Of a stretch of DNA of 64,000 bases, positions 38,637 to 49,260 are shown piece by piece. Each line of letters opens with the position of its first letter. The stretch's first letter is position 1. Source of the DNA: an uncultured Nitrososphaeria archaeon (GTDB lineage Archaea; Thermoproteota; Nitrososphaeria; Geothermarchaeales; JDFR-13). Made by a program: the position numbers and the translations under genes. The DNA lies in the NCBI GenBank assembly GCA_964437705.1, contig CAYTHX010000003.1, positions 65,229 to 129,228 on the forward strand. Reading direction: 5' to 3'. The notes beneath the pieces were generated by a model. The model ran no database searches and was not told the origin of the DNA. It saw nothing but the letters and a program-made list of their open reading frames with translations.

Positions 38637-39800
38637 ATGACAGAATTCGAAGTAACTCCATGGGAGGTTAAAGGTGAAGTCGATTATAACAGATTAATAT
38701 CAATATTTGGAGTTAAGAAAATAGATGAAAAAGTACTTGACTTGATGAGGAAGGTCTTTGGTGAGATACCATTTTATGTACGTAGAGGAATATTTTATAG
38801 TCATCGTGACTTAGATGTTGTCCTACAGGATTATTTGAACGGATTACCATTTTATCTCTATACTGGTAGAGGACCTTCAGGACCTATGCACTTAGGACAC
38901 ATAATTCCAATAATGTTTACTAAATATATTCAGGAAAAAGTTGATACTATATTACTTCTTCAGGTAACCTCAGATGAAAAGTATATGTATCATGAAACTA
39001 TGACGAAGGAGCAGATTAAAAGTTACACGATTGATAATATTAGGGATATCTTAGCTCTTGGATTTGATGTTGAGAAGACATACGTAATTGATGATATTAG
39101 ACACATAAATTACTTATATCAACTGGCAATCTCTGTTGCAAGAAGAATTACATATTCAACAGTCCGAGCAACTTTTGGCTTTACAGGAGACACTAACATA
39201 GGCATGATTTTCTACATGTCTATTCAAGCTACACCTGCATTTTTAGGGTATTTTATCGACAATAAGTTTAAGCACTGCTTAATACCAGCTGCAATAGATC
39301 AAGATCCATTCTGGAGATTAACTAGAGATATCGCAAATAAACTTGGATTTCCAAAACCCTCTCAAATACATGGTAAATTCCTCCCTAGCCTAAAAGCAAG
39401 TGGCAAAATGTCCACTTCACAGCCTGAAACTGCATTGTATCTTTCTGATGATAAAAAAGCGGTTCGACGCAAGATTTTAGATGCTTTTACCGGAGGACAG
39501 GCGACAGCTAAGTTACAGAGGGAATTAGGTGGAAATCCCGATATATGTACGGTATATGCATATTACAAGTACATCTTCGAGGAGGATGATAAGAAGCTGA
39601 TGGAAAGATATGAGAAATGTAAAAGTGGTACTATATTATGTGGAGAGTGTAAACAAGAGTTAATTAGTAGAGTATGTGCGTTTTTACAAAAACATCAAGA
39701 AAATAAAGAAGCAATAACTGAAAGCGATGTTGAAGCTTATATGCTTGATAATAAGCTTAAATTTGAAGAACTGATTAAGGCATATGAAATGCTTAGATAA
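38637..39800 (+). CDS. trpS: Tryptophanyl-tRNA synthetase (archaeal/eukaryote-like).
   Basis: GRGPSGPMHLGHIIP (HIGH) and KMSTS motifs. Confidence 0.9.
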   Translation: MTEFEVTPWEVKGEVDYNRLISIFGVKKIDEKVLDLMRKVFGEIPFYVRRGIFYSHRDLDVVLQDYLNGLPFYLYTGRGPSGPMHLGHIIPIMFTKYIQEKVDTILLLQVTSDEKYMYHETMTKEQIKSYTIDNIRDILALGFDVEKTYVIDDIRHINYLYQLAISVARRITYSTVRATFGFTGDTNIGMIFYMSIQATPAFLGYFIDNKFKHCLIPAAIDQDPFWRLTRDIANKLGFPKPSQIHGKFLPSLKASGKMSTSQPETALYLSDDKKAVRRKILDAFTGGQATAKLQRELGGNPDICTVYAYYKYIFEEDDKKLMERYEKCKSGTILCGECKQELISRVCAFLQKHQENKEAITESDVEAYMLDNKLKFEELIKAYEMLR

Positions 39801-39871
39801 TTTTTATTTAGAAACTCTTAAGTTACGCTAAATTATTATATACTTCTACTTTAAACTCTAGAAATTCTAGT

Positions 39872-40342
39872 TTATATAGGTAAGCCCCAGCTATTGATTA
39901 CTCCACAATTAATGAAAGTAGATGAAACTAATTGCCCCATGAAATTTTCTACATAATCTATAATGTATAGGGGAATATACTTATGTCCTCTCCTTTTACG
40001 GAGCACATTAATTTTTCTTGCCATATCTACAGTCTCAGGAGAAGCAAGTAGCAGATCAACATCATATCGCTCGGTAGTTATTGGTCCGAACTCGCTTCTA
40101 ATCGCTATAAATTTATATTGACAAGACCTACATGACAAGAACTTCTCAACTTGCCTCTTACGTAACGAATATGATGGAACTCTGTAACTTTTTGTGGTTA
40201 TGAGCGGGCCAGATGATATCCCTATTAGGATGATCCTAGATGATCTGATAGATATCTGGACACACTCTTCAAGCATATATTGATGACCAACGTGTAGTGA
40301 TGAAAAAGTGCCACCAAGAGCGATATATTCCTTTTTTCTCAC
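39872..40342 (-). CDS. coaD: Archaeal-type phosphopantetheine adenylyltransferase (cytidylyltransferase-like fold).
   Basis: GGTFSSLHVGHQ nucleotidyltransferase motif. ~156 aa. Confidence 0.6.
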   Translation of the reverse strand: MRKKEYIALGGTFSSLHVGHQYMLEECVQISIRSSRIILIGISSGPLITTKSYRVPSYSLRKRQVEKFLSCRSCQYKFIAIRSEFGPITTERYDVDLLLASPETVDMARKINVLRKRRGHKYIPLYIIDYVENFMGQLVSSTFINCGVINSWGLPI

Positions 40343-40401
40343 AAATATTACCTATATAATTAAAAACGAATATTTTTAGCATATAATATTTTTGGTTATG
40401 T

Positions 40402-41304
40402 ATGTCAGTGGATAGCGAGCTACAGTATTATATTAGAGCTGGTAAAATTGCTAGAGAAGCCTTACAATTTGCGTCCGAGCTTGTAAATATGAAGAAACAT
40501 ATAAGTATTTATGAATTATGTGAAAAAGTTGAGAAGTTTATTATTGATAGTGGAGGCAAACCTGCTTTTCCATGTAATATAAGCATTAATAATGTAGCAG
40601 CTCACTACACATCAATTAGCCCTGATGATGGAAACCTTCCAGACCATGGAATTGTTAAAATCGATGTTGGAGTTCATATTGATGGATATATAGCAGATAC
40701 TGCAATTTCTATACCATTATCAAAGGAATATAGCGATATAGTGGAGGTAAATAAAGAGATTTTAGACTGTATAATTGAGAAATTTAGACCAGGAGTAAAA
40801 TTAGGAGAGATTGGGAGTTTAGTATCTAAAATGGCAAAGCAACATGGGTATAAAACAATATCTAATCTAACAGGACACTTAATAAGTAGGTACTCGTTAC
40901 ATGCTGGTAAACATGTACCAAATGTACCTCAGATAATTTCTCCTCGAATAGAGATTGGTGAGATATATGCTATTGAACCGTTTCTAACGTTTCAGAACGG
41001 CAGTGGAAGAGTTATCGATTTACCTGATATAAGGATATATAGCTTAATACGCATTAAAAAGATTAAGGATGAAAACGTTGAGAAAATAAGAAAATATATC
41101 CATGAAAACTTTGATAAATTACCTTTTGCTCCACGCTGGCTATACAATAAATTTGGACAAAATATTATTGAAAAGCTTGAATATATGAGACAAAAAGGAG
41201 TACTAAGGGGTTATCCCGTACTAGTAGAAGAGAGAGGAGCGTATGTTTCGCAATTTGAACATACAGTAGTAGTTCTTAAAGATGAAACAATCGTTATTAC
41301 ATAG
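40402..41304 (+). CDS. map: Methionine aminopeptidase, type 2.
   Basis: Pita-bread fold motifs (AHYTSISPDD, HGYKTISNLTGH). Confidence 0.85.
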   Translation: MSVDSELQYYIRAGKIAREALQFASELVNMKKHISIYELCEKVEKFIIDSGGKPAFPCNISINNVAAHYTSISPDDGNLPDHGIVKIDVGVHIDGYIADTAISIPLSKEYSDIVEVNKEILDCIIEKFRPGVKLGEIGSLVSKMAKQHGYKTISNLTGHLISRYSLHAGKHVPNVPQIISPRIEIGEIYAIEPFLTFQNGSGRVIDLPDIRIYSLIRIKKIKDENVEKIRKYIHENFDKLPFAPRWLYNKFGQNIIEKLEYMRQKGVLRGYPVLVEERGAYVSQFEHTVVVLKDETIVIT

Positions 41305-41599
41305 CTTCTCTCTTAGGCTGCGCGTATATCAAATGAACCTTTAAGTTACCTCCACACTTTTTACATTTCTCATCTGTAATCTTTGAAATATAATCATCCT
41401 CCTTAAAGTTGCGTATTTCTCTTAATCCACATGAAACACAAATTAATTCGGTTTTAATTTGAGGTAACTCAAATCTAAATCTTCTTCTCTTCTTTGTCGA
41501 GTCAAAAATTGTAAATGCAAGTGCTAATATTATTATGAGACCAAAAAGCACAAGGTAGTCATTTATGCTCAAGATACTCACACCTCTATGGAACCCCAA
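41297..41599 (-). CDS. Small membrane-anchored zinc-ribbon protein, hypothetical.
   Basis: N-terminal TM. C-terminal CVSCG...CKKCGG. Confidence 0.35.
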   Translation of the reverse strand: MGFHRGVSILSINDYLVLFGLIIILALAFTIFDSTKKRRRFRFELPQIKTELICVSCGLREIRNFKEDDYISKITDEKCKKCGGNLKVHLIYAQPKREAM

Positions 41600-42701
41600 T
41601 TGTATTTCCTACACCAACTATTATAATAGAATCCTCTTCAACAGTATTTTCAAGAATAATTTTCTTTATTCTTTTATGTACCTCTTCTATGGCATTAGCT
41701 ATTTCTTTACGCATTACAGAAATAGCTTCTAATAATGACTGTTTTATTATGATAGCATAAACTGGAATATTATATTTAGTAACAACCTCCTCAATTTTAA
41801 ATTTCTCTACACCTATACCACCTATAGCTGCTCCTATACCATCTGCCACACTCCCACTTTGCTCACCTTCAAGTTTTAGTGCGGCATCAATCATGATTAC
41901 CCCCTTTATAGACCCATCTTCCTCTATAATCTTCTTAATAGCTTCTCCTGGTTTACCTACATTTCCTCCAGGTCCACTTGCCTTAACTAAATAAACTTTC
42001 CTTCCTTCAATGTATGTTTCATATACATCTGTATCCTTAGCTAACTGTCTTTTACACTCATTTCCAGTAAGTAACTTATGAATTACAAGTGGACCAATAC
42101 TATCACCTATAGGTGCGCCTAATTTAAAGGCAAAAACAGCACTTAAGTATGCTTTAGCTTCATTAAATATTAATGGAGTTAACATTTGGAGCTGTATAAC
42201 TAACATTAAGTTACCCATCTTCTTTGCCAGTAGGTAATAATGCCTAATTATTTTATAGATAACCTCAAGAGCTATAGACGCTTCAATCATATTCTCTAAA
42301 TTCCTAACTAGTGAATTATCTACATCATCTTTTAATATACGCTTTACATCTGCAGCCAGCTTATCATCTCTAACATTAACTATATGCTCTACTTTACGAA
42401 CAATCCCCGCTGGATCCATAGACTCAGGCAAAATCATGAATGACTCTAGGAGTATTCTAAGCTCCTTTTCAACGTCCACGCCTTCTTTAGCCCATTTTTT
42501 TAAGGCGTTTAGAGTCTCTACACTAGCTATATTTTTCATTTTCTCAAGTTGTGCTAGCATTCCACCAACTTCCATCAAAGCCATTTGAAACTGAATTCTC
42601 TGCCCATAAAGTAAGAAGATTAAAAATGGTATGTAAAAGAGGAGGATAGTAACTAAATCAACATCTCCGAATGAAGACTGTAAAATTAAATGTATATCCA
42701 T
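41586..42701 (-). CDS. DUF1512-like membrane protein, hypothetical.
   Basis: N-terminal TM followed by a ~340-aa helical domain. Confidence 0.4.
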   Translation of the reverse strand: MDIHLILQSSFGDVDLVTILLFYIPFLIFLLYGQRIQFQMALMEVGGMLAQLEKMKNIASVETLNALKKWAKEGVDVEKELRILLESFMILPESMDPAGIVRKVEHIVNVRDDKLAADVKRILKDDVDNSLVRNLENMIEASIALEVIYKIIRHYYLLAKKMGNLMLVIQLQMLTPLIFNEAKAYLSAVFAFKLGAPIGDSIGPLVIHKLLTGNECKRQLAKDTDVYETYIEGRKVYLVKASGPGGNVGKPGEAIKKIIEEDGSIKGVIMIDAALKLEGEQSGSVADGIGAAIGGIGVEKFKIEEVVTKYNIPVYAIIIKQSLLEAISVMRKEIANAIEEVHKRIKKIILENTVEEDSIIIVGVGNTIGVP

Positions 42702-42907
42702 TACTGGTATATCCCCCGATAGTTTACTTAATTTTAATTACCATTACCAAATAATAAGAAGAAACTAATAAGCTTTTAAAAACGACATTATTTTTCGAGA
42801 GCACCTCCACACGTGGAAAATAGTTTTGCAAGAGAAACTCTTTAACAGAAAAGATCCATTGCTGAAAATAAAAATTAAAATATAGCTATTTGCTTCTACA
42901 ATAATAT

Positions 42908-43041
42908 TGGGTTGGGGAAGCGGCCATAGGGCCGGGGAAACACCCGGTCCCATTCCGAACCCGGAAGTTAAGCCCGGCCACGCCGGGGACTAGCAGGGTG
43001 CGGGAGCCCCTGTGAACCCCCGGTGCTGCTTCCCCAACCCA
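42908..43041 (+). rRNA. rrf: 5S ribosomal RNA (solitary, not linked to 16S/23S).
   Basis: GC-rich. Terminal helix GGGTTGGGGAAGC/GCTTCCCCAACCC. Internal CCGAACCCGGAAGTTAAGCC loop C/helix III consensus. TATA-like AAAATTAAAATATAG about 25 nt upstream. Confidence 0.9.
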
Positions 43042-43111
43042 CTTCATTGAATTTATTAGATGTCCTCTGGAAGATTATTACTAGGTTGGGAGAAGACGTT
43101 AAGTAAGGGTT

Positions 43112-43516
43112 ATGGAGATGGATGATCTCCAGATAAAGAAAAAGAGGTTACTCGAGATTGTTAATAGGGTGAAAAAGAAGGGATCCATAGATTTAGCGGA
43201 TTTAATAGAAGTTGAAAATGAATTTGGCTATTCACCTAGAAAAATTATTGAAGAATTACAAAAGCGTAAAGCAAAAAAGAATATATTTAAGCCGAGTGGC
43301 TATGTAGTACACTCATACGTTGGTAAAGAGGAAGAGTACTTGATATTTCCAGATGTATTATACTGTAGTTGCCTGTCTAAATATCCATCAAATATTTTCC
43401 GAAGAAGATACTGTCATCATATAATATGTTATTTATTATCAGAAGCTCTAGGATTAACACAAACATATTATTTAGATGATGAATTATTTGAGAAAATATA
43501 CTTAGAGTTACTATAA
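43112..43516 (+). CDS. SWIM-type zinc finger protein, hypothetical.
   Basis: CSC...C.H pattern (YCSCLSKYPSNIFRRRYCHHIIC). Confidence 0.4.
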   Translation: MEMDDLQIKKKRLLEIVNRVKKKGSIDLADLIEVENEFGYSPRKIIEELQKRKAKKNIFKPSGYVVHSYVGKEEEYLIFPDVLYCSCLSKYPSNIFRRRYCHHIICYLLSEALGLTQTYYLDDELFEKIYLELL

Positions 43517-43724
43517 CACTATTAACTCTTATAAAGTGATAAAGTAGATTTATTAGAATGAGCGTTAAGAATCGAGTGATAACTATCTTTGGTGATGTCT
43601 TATGAGCGTAAGTGAAATGTATAACTATATTGTAGCCATCATATTCATGCTTGTAATACTCACATATATAATAGCCTTCTATTACAAATACTATAAGTTG
43701 ACACATGAAAAATAAGAGGAGCTT

Positions 43725-45224
43725 TTAAATTTTAAATATCCTGCTGTAAGCTCTTAACCGAATTGTAGGTACACTCATCGGACCTATTAGTGATGATGCG
43801 TCTAGAAAACCAGCTTCCACCCTAATATAGTCACCAACCCTTATGTACTCATCTGTATATAGTGATAAGTCACCTCTATATGAAATATTTATCGGGTCTC
43901 CATTCGTATCCTCAATTACAAACTCGTATTGATCTTGAGTCATGGGCGCTGTATGTGGAATTAGAGATGGTTCCCTAACTACTCTACCTTCGACGCTCAC
44001 AACCCTATCAGCTATGCTAAGATCTCGAGCCTTTTTAGTCTTTACATCTATAGGTGGTATAGACTTTGAGCTAGATGGATTAATTATAATTGTACTAGCT
44101 TCGTCGCAAAACACAAAAATTTGGTCGGTTCTTTTTGCTCCCCTAAATCCACTTATCCTAATTATATCTCCTACATTAGCTTCTTTGCCTCGTAATACAG
44201 CCTCTTCACCAATTAGTACTAGTGTAGCATCCGCTGTATCATCGATAACATATAATCCTAGCGATCTATTTCCAGTTTTCATACTAACTCTCTCTTTACC
44301 CTTAGCACCAATACGTAAATCTAGGGATTTTAGGTTATATCCATTCTCGACCTCTATGAGTGATGACTCTTTATATATTATATCAATTTTCACTCCAGGT
44401 AAGTATTCCACATGTGATGATCTACCTATATGAATTTCTCTCTCACCTCTCATACCAGTTTTTACCCTTCCATTAAATATCATAATGTTATCGCCGGGTT
44501 TGATCCAGCTATATTCGTCAACGGCAGTATTCCATAAAACAACTTTTATGGCACATTCACCAGCTGCTAACAAGAAATTTGCTAATGTGCCCTCTCGATC
44601 TGCAGCTTTATATCGCCTTACACTAATACTCGTTATTACTCGTCCATATACATTTACACGAGACTCTGAAAGTTCACATTCATCAAGCCTAACTACATAA
44701 TCTCTAATGCTAGGGTATGATGAATCTTTCTCAATATCTATCTTAATTTGTGCATTTTCGCTTACGTGAATCTCAACATCGCCTATAATACTTGTTTTTG
44801 TCGATGCACCACTAATATCTACAACTGCACCTGGAATTATTCCTAACTCTTCCAGCTTATCTCTAGTATATCCCCAGAAAATTATATTTACAACACCAGT
44901 TTTATCGCCTATTCCGCCTCTAACATAAGGCCTTTTACCAAATGTTGGGGAATCAAAATATTCCTCATTCTTTAGCCATAATATCCTCCCTATTACCCTA
45001 ACACGATTAAGCCCTCCTCTCAACTTACCAATTTCTAAATAATCAGCTACCTTTGAATCCAGTCTAACACCAAGCTCTAGGGTTACTAAGTATAATGCTG
45101 TTTTAGGGGACATATTAAGTTCGATCATTTTTTTGGAAACCATTCTCTCGATATCCTTATATGTTAAATCGGGTCTTTGCCTTAAGATTTCATTAACTAT
45201 CTTAGGGTCTAGGACGTCACTCAT
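43725..45224 (-). CDS. Multi-OB-fold nucleic-acid-binding protein (RPA-like), hypothetical.
   Basis: Three to four repeated beta-rich segments of OB-fold size with G..V.V.GRV-type patterns. Weak assignment. Confidence 0.35.
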   Translation of the reverse strand: MSDVLDPKIVNEILRQRPDLTYKDIERMVSKKMIELNMSPKTALYLVTLELGVRLDSKVADYLEIGKLRGGLNRVRVIGRILWLKNEEYFDSPTFGKRPYVRGGIGDKTGVVNIIFWGYTRDKLEELGIIPGAVVDISGASTKTSIIGDVEIHVSENAQIKIDIEKDSSYPSIRDYVVRLDECELSESRVNVYGRVITSISVRRYKAADREGTLANFLLAAGECAIKVVLWNTAVDEYSWIKPGDNIMIFNGRVKTGMRGEREIHIGRSSHVEYLPGVKIDIIYKESSLIEVENGYNLKSLDLRIGAKGKERVSMKTGNRSLGLYVIDDTADATLVLIGEEAVLRGKEANVGDIIRISGFRGAKRTDQIFVFCDEASTIIINPSSSKSIPPIDVKTKKARDLSIADRVVSVEGRVVREPSLIPHTAPMTQDQYEFVIEDTNGDPINISYRGDLSLYTDEYIRVGDYIRVEAGFLDASSLIGPMSVPTIRLRAYSRIFKI

Positions 45225-45295
45225 CTAATTATCCCCATTCAAAAGACAATATACCTAGGAATATAATTAATCCACAAGAAATATACGCTTAAAAA

Positions 45296-45586
45296 TCACT
45301 CTTTCTTTACATAGATCTTGATTCTAGAAACATATTTTGGTAACCCCCTAATAATACCTTTACTTACCATATCAATCTTGATATCCTCCACCCTCACGTT
45401 ACTATCCTCATAAAACTTATTTAAGAAGTTAGCTACATCTACAGCCTTTATAATATTTCTACCCATACCTTCTATAATTAACTCATCATGACCTTTACTT
45501 AATAACTTGATGCACACATTAAGATAATACGACATGTTTTTCTTACCGACGTATACCGTAGGAATCTCCTTCTCCTCAACACTCAT
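45296..45586 (-). CDS. albA: Alba chromatin protein (Sac10b family paralogue).
   Basis: VYVGKKNMSYYLNVCIKLLSKGHDELIIEGMGRNIIKAVDVANFL aligns to the Alba core (GKKPVMNYV...ARGRAISKAVD). Confidence 0.75.
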   Translation of the reverse strand: MSVEEKEIPTVYVGKKNMSYYLNVCIKLLSKGHDELIIEGMGRNIIKAVDVANFLNKFYEDSNVRVEDIKIDMVSKGIIRGLPKYVSRIKIYVKKE

Positions 45587-45707
45587 TTAATATCCCTCAC
45601 AAATATCATCGTAAGTCATTAATAATATCTATAATATTATCTCTTCATCTAAATTATCTTTTATCTTTTAATTTCTATCTTGATGCTTTTAATCATACTC
45701 TCTCGGC

Positions 45708-47444
45708 TTAGACCTTTAATAATACTAGGGAAATCATTAGTACAAATAGTAATGGTATGTAGAATGCTATGGCTAACAATTTAAGAATTTTTAAGCTTCT
45801 CCTAATCATATTCTCGGATGATCGCAGTAGAGATGAACCTAAAATATTAACATCAATTTCAATAGAATGGTAATCTACATAAAAACTGTGTGTATTCCTA
45901 AGTAAATAATTAACCATGGATGATATTTTATGTATTGACTGTCGGTCTTGGTCTTTCTCTCCCCATACACTGTATCCTCTCTCATATCTTAAACTTCTTG
46001 CAGTAACTTCATGAGTGTCATCACTAACGACGATAGTATTTGTGCCCTGATACCTTTCTCTAATAGACTGCACTAATAACTCTTTATAATGAGGATCTAC
46101 ATTATTAGAATCAAAAACGATAATTAAGTTATTTTGCTTTGGTACTCGCCATAGAAATAATGATACACCACCATATCCTAAACCATCGTCTAAATCATAT
46201 TCTGGGAAGTAAATTGATGTAAAGGCCGCTATTATTGGGTATTGCGGCGCATTTCTTAGCTCATGTAGTAGCTCTTCTGAAAGCATAAGCATCTTCTCAA
46301 GTTTACTTCTATCAATTACGCTAATTCTAGAACTTAACCCAGTATGTGCATCGACGACTATTACATCTTTAAAGCCAAACTTTATACCCAAATCTTTAAT
46401 GCTCTCCCCGATTTCTGCCGGTATATCCTCCATATCATCACAGCTTAGAATTATAACTGCATACGGCCCTATAGTAAAGCCGTAAACATATACATCATTT
46501 TTAGATAGCATATAGAGACTTGATATAGAATCTATACCCGATATAATTGGAGATGACCTAACTATAGCATGGATAACTTTATCTACATCATAATGACTTG
46601 GTAAGTCGCGCTCATGAGATACTGGCGTATGGAATACTGCTGAAAATGACCCATGAAGAATATAAGTTGATCTTTTAAGCTGTGAAGGCATACATGAGCT
46701 ACCGACATTTTTAAATGGCCCAAAATGGAATAGTGGAAATATCAAATTGAATGTATATGGCCCTTTAAACACCAAACACTTAACAGTAACATTATCCCTG
46801 GACGAAAATTTTAGTAGTAAGTCTTCTAATAGGGCTGGATCATCAAGAAGCCATGATCTTATATATCCGTTAAAGTAAGTTACTGCTCCATTACTCAGCT
46901 TCTCAACTAATTCAACATATAATATCGATATAATTGCAAGTAAACACATAAACACTGCGAATAGTATATCTAGGGATCCAAGTACGTATTGATGAAGAAG
47001 AATTAGTGCTATATTTGTGATAACTGGTAAATATGTCTTTGCATGGTGCTTCTCATAAATTATTGCGTAATATACAAAACTCTTGAGCGCGACGATTACC
47101 AGAAAGAGTACTTCTATAGCTAGGTAGCTATTTCTTAAGAAAAGATGAAGTAAAAGATATATAATAGTAGAAGTGTATATTGAGATATAGTTGATAGCTA
47201 ACAGCCTTCTTAAACTAAAGAAGTTATAAGGCGTTAAAAGCTTTTTAAGAAGGAAGTACTCTACTGCTAGTATCGAAGATAACACTAGCGGCAATGAAAA
47301 TACATACAAAAAACTACTACTAAATATATATGTTATTATTATGAGCATACTAAGTGAAAATACATATAGCGCGGTATTTCTTCTTAAACTGCCAACTGAA
47401 AATAATTTTGAGTAAAACTTCTCGTATTCACTCAACGTACTCAC
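45708..47444 (-). CDS. Large polytopic membrane protein with C-terminal soluble domain, hypothetical.
   Basis: About 8 N-terminal TM helices, ~300-aa soluble region, C-terminal TM. Confidence 0.4.
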   Translation of the reverse strand: MSTLSEYEKFYSKLFSVGSLRRNTALYVFSLSMLIIITYIFSSSFLYVFSLPLVLSSILAVEYFLLKKLLTPYNFFSLRRLLAINYISIYTSTIIYLLLHLFLRNSYLAIEVLFLVIVALKSFVYYAIIYEKHHAKTYLPVITNIALILLHQYVLGSLDILFAVFMCLLAIISILYVELVEKLSNGAVTYFNGYIRSWLLDDPALLEDLLLKFSSRDNVTVKCLVFKGPYTFNLIFPLFHFGPFKNVGSSCMPSQLKRSTYILHGSFSAVFHTPVSHERDLPSHYDVDKVIHAIVRSSPIISGIDSISSLYMLSKNDVYVYGFTIGPYAVIILSCDDMEDIPAEIGESIKDLGIKFGFKDVIVVDAHTGLSSRISVIDRSKLEKMLMLSEELLHELRNAPQYPIIAAFTSIYFPEYDLDDGLGYGGVSLFLWRVPKQNNLIIVFDSNNVDPHYKELLVQSIRERYQGTNTIVVSDDTHEVTARSLRYERGYSVWGEKDQDRQSIHKISSMVNYLLRNTHSFYVDYHSIEIDVNILGSSLLRSSENMIRRSLKILKLLAIAFYIPLLFVLMISLVLLKV

Positions 47445-47478
47445 TTGACTTAAGCTTATGCTTGAGCCTCAACATTTT

Positions 47479-47652
47479 TTATATGACAGGGAAATACAGA
47501 AGAATCATAGAGATAACTAGGAATATAATCGTAATTATAATTAAATGTATAGGCTGTATCTGAACTCCAGCAGTGGAATCTTCAAAGAACCTTAGTAGCC
47601 CTGCCATTGTAGCTGGTGGTGGCGCCTCACGTCTTCTCCTTCTTGAAGACAT
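47479..47652 (-). CDS. Preprotein translocase Sec61 beta subunit (archaeal SecG). Start placed at the internal MSSRRRR.
   Basis: PATMAGLLRFFEDS motif plus a single C-terminal TM. Confidence 0.7.
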   Translation of the reverse strand: MSSRRRRREAPPPATMAGLLRFFEDSTAGVQIQPIHLIIITIIFLVISMILLYFPVI

Positions 47653-47720
47653 ATACTTAACACCAAATATTGTAATTAGAAATCCACTTATTAATAAAGT
47701 AATTGGTACCAAATGTCTGG

Positions 47721-48911
47721 TTAACCTAAGTATTCTAGGCCTAGTAAGAAGCTTAACAATCTTAAAGCTTCGCCCATGCTAGGTGTTAGCACATGATGGT
47801 TATTTATTGGTTCAAACTCTACTTTGTTACGCATTAACTTTAAATATACTTGTGTCCGGCATTCATGTTCGCTTCTAGACCCACCAATAACCTTAACTCT
47901 ATATGTAGCCACTTTTCCTAGGTCTTTTGATAAAGCTGATAGTGAATAAACTCCGAATTGGATGTCACCCCGCACAGCTGCTGGAAGTCCAGTTTCAAAG
48001 TGGCTAGTTAGAGTAAGGTTTTTTCCAAAGCTTGGTGAAATTGTGCAATGAACTAGCTTAATCCAATGGTTACCAATGTTAGATATATTTCCAATCCATC
48101 CTGGATCTCCAAATATTTTCTTAGATAGGAGCATTATCGGCAAAACTGTTGGATCAGCTTCACAGATAGCAATTTTATTATCAATACCATTAAGGAGGCT
48201 GAGAGGATAGCATGGCGTAACCTTATATTCCTCAATTAAATCAAAACAATCAACAGCTATAACTTCAGCTTCAAACTGCTCCATAAGAAGCTTAAAAGCA
48301 TTATATAGTTTACAAATACTCTGTACAGACTTATTATCTATCGACTTATCTATATCAAATATTATATTACATTCTCCAGAGGCATCCTCATAATATTTCC
48401 TAAACTTTTTGAGATCAGCATGTATAATCTCTCCACCAAATATCTTTTGATAACTCCTCCATGCATCAATATCCTTAGCTATAACTATAATTTTCAAGAC
48501 CTTTAAGCAATTGACTACACTTAAAGTATCGTCTATAAGTTTAAGGACATTCAATAATTGGTTTAAATCTATGGAATGTATGTGGATATAGTTATATTTA
48601 CCATCTATTTTAAGCCTATTAATTAAGGACAAAGAGGAAGGTAAACTATTATGCATTCCGTGAGATAAAATAATAAATTTACGGTCACCACCCCTCTTTA
48701 TAATATTATATGCAATCCGAGACACGCCGCCTGTAACGATCAGGAGACAAACAACATCAAAATCATTTAAGTCGATATTATCGCTAAAGGCAATATCTAA
48801 AATTTTAATATTCTCTAGTTGAGGAATAGAATCCAAAATAGAGCTTATGAAATCGCGACTATGAATATGTGACGCGAGAGGTATGAGAACACTATACATA
48901 TACACCACCAA
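47721..48911 (-). CDS. Hypothetical protein (396 aa).
   Basis: ORF only, no motif recognised. Confidence 0.3.
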   Translation of the reverse strand: MVVYMYSVLIPLASHIHSRDFISSILDSIPQLENIKILDIAFSDNIDLNDFDVVCLLIVTGGVSRIAYNIIKRGGDRKFIILSHGMHNSLPSSLSLINRLKIDGKYNYIHIHSIDLNQLLNVLKLIDDTLSVVNCLKVLKIIVIAKDIDAWRSYQKIFGGEIIHADLKKFRKYYEDASGECNIIFDIDKSIDNKSVQSICKLYNAFKLLMEQFEAEVIAVDCFDLIEEYKVTPCYPLSLLNGIDNKIAICEADPTVLPIMLLSKKIFGDPGWIGNISNIGNHWIKLVHCTISPSFGKNLTLTSHFETGLPAAVRGDIQFGVYSLSALSKDLGKVATYRVKVIGGSRSEHECRTQVYLKLMRNKVEFEPINNHHVLTPSMGEALRLLSFLLGLEYLG

Positions 48912-48942
48912 GATAAGAAAAACATTATGAAGAATTTTAGTG

Positions 48943-49018
<76 letters not shown>

Positions 49019-49260
49019 AAAACCAAGTCTTTATACCCACAAACTTCTATTCCCAAATATATTTTAAAGTTTTGCCTTAACCATTATTACATAATTTTAT
49101 TTAGATATTTATTTATAAAATATATCTAGCTATTAATAGACATCAATAACCACTGAAAAAGACTGCAAATTTTCTTAGCTATTTCTTAACACATTAATCA
49201 TCAATCTATATCTATTATATAATGAATTAAGTTTTATTATACATACAAAAGAATATATTC

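Noticed and set aside
42800-42830. CACGTG-containing near-palindrome upstream of the 5S gene, possibly related to the radA palindrome
   Set aside because: Only the 6-nt core is shared, which is expected by chance.
42908-43041. 5S rRNA as part of a full rRNA operon
   Set aside because: No 16S/23S sequence is adjacent. A solitary 5S gene is the normal arrangement in Sulfolobales-type genomes.
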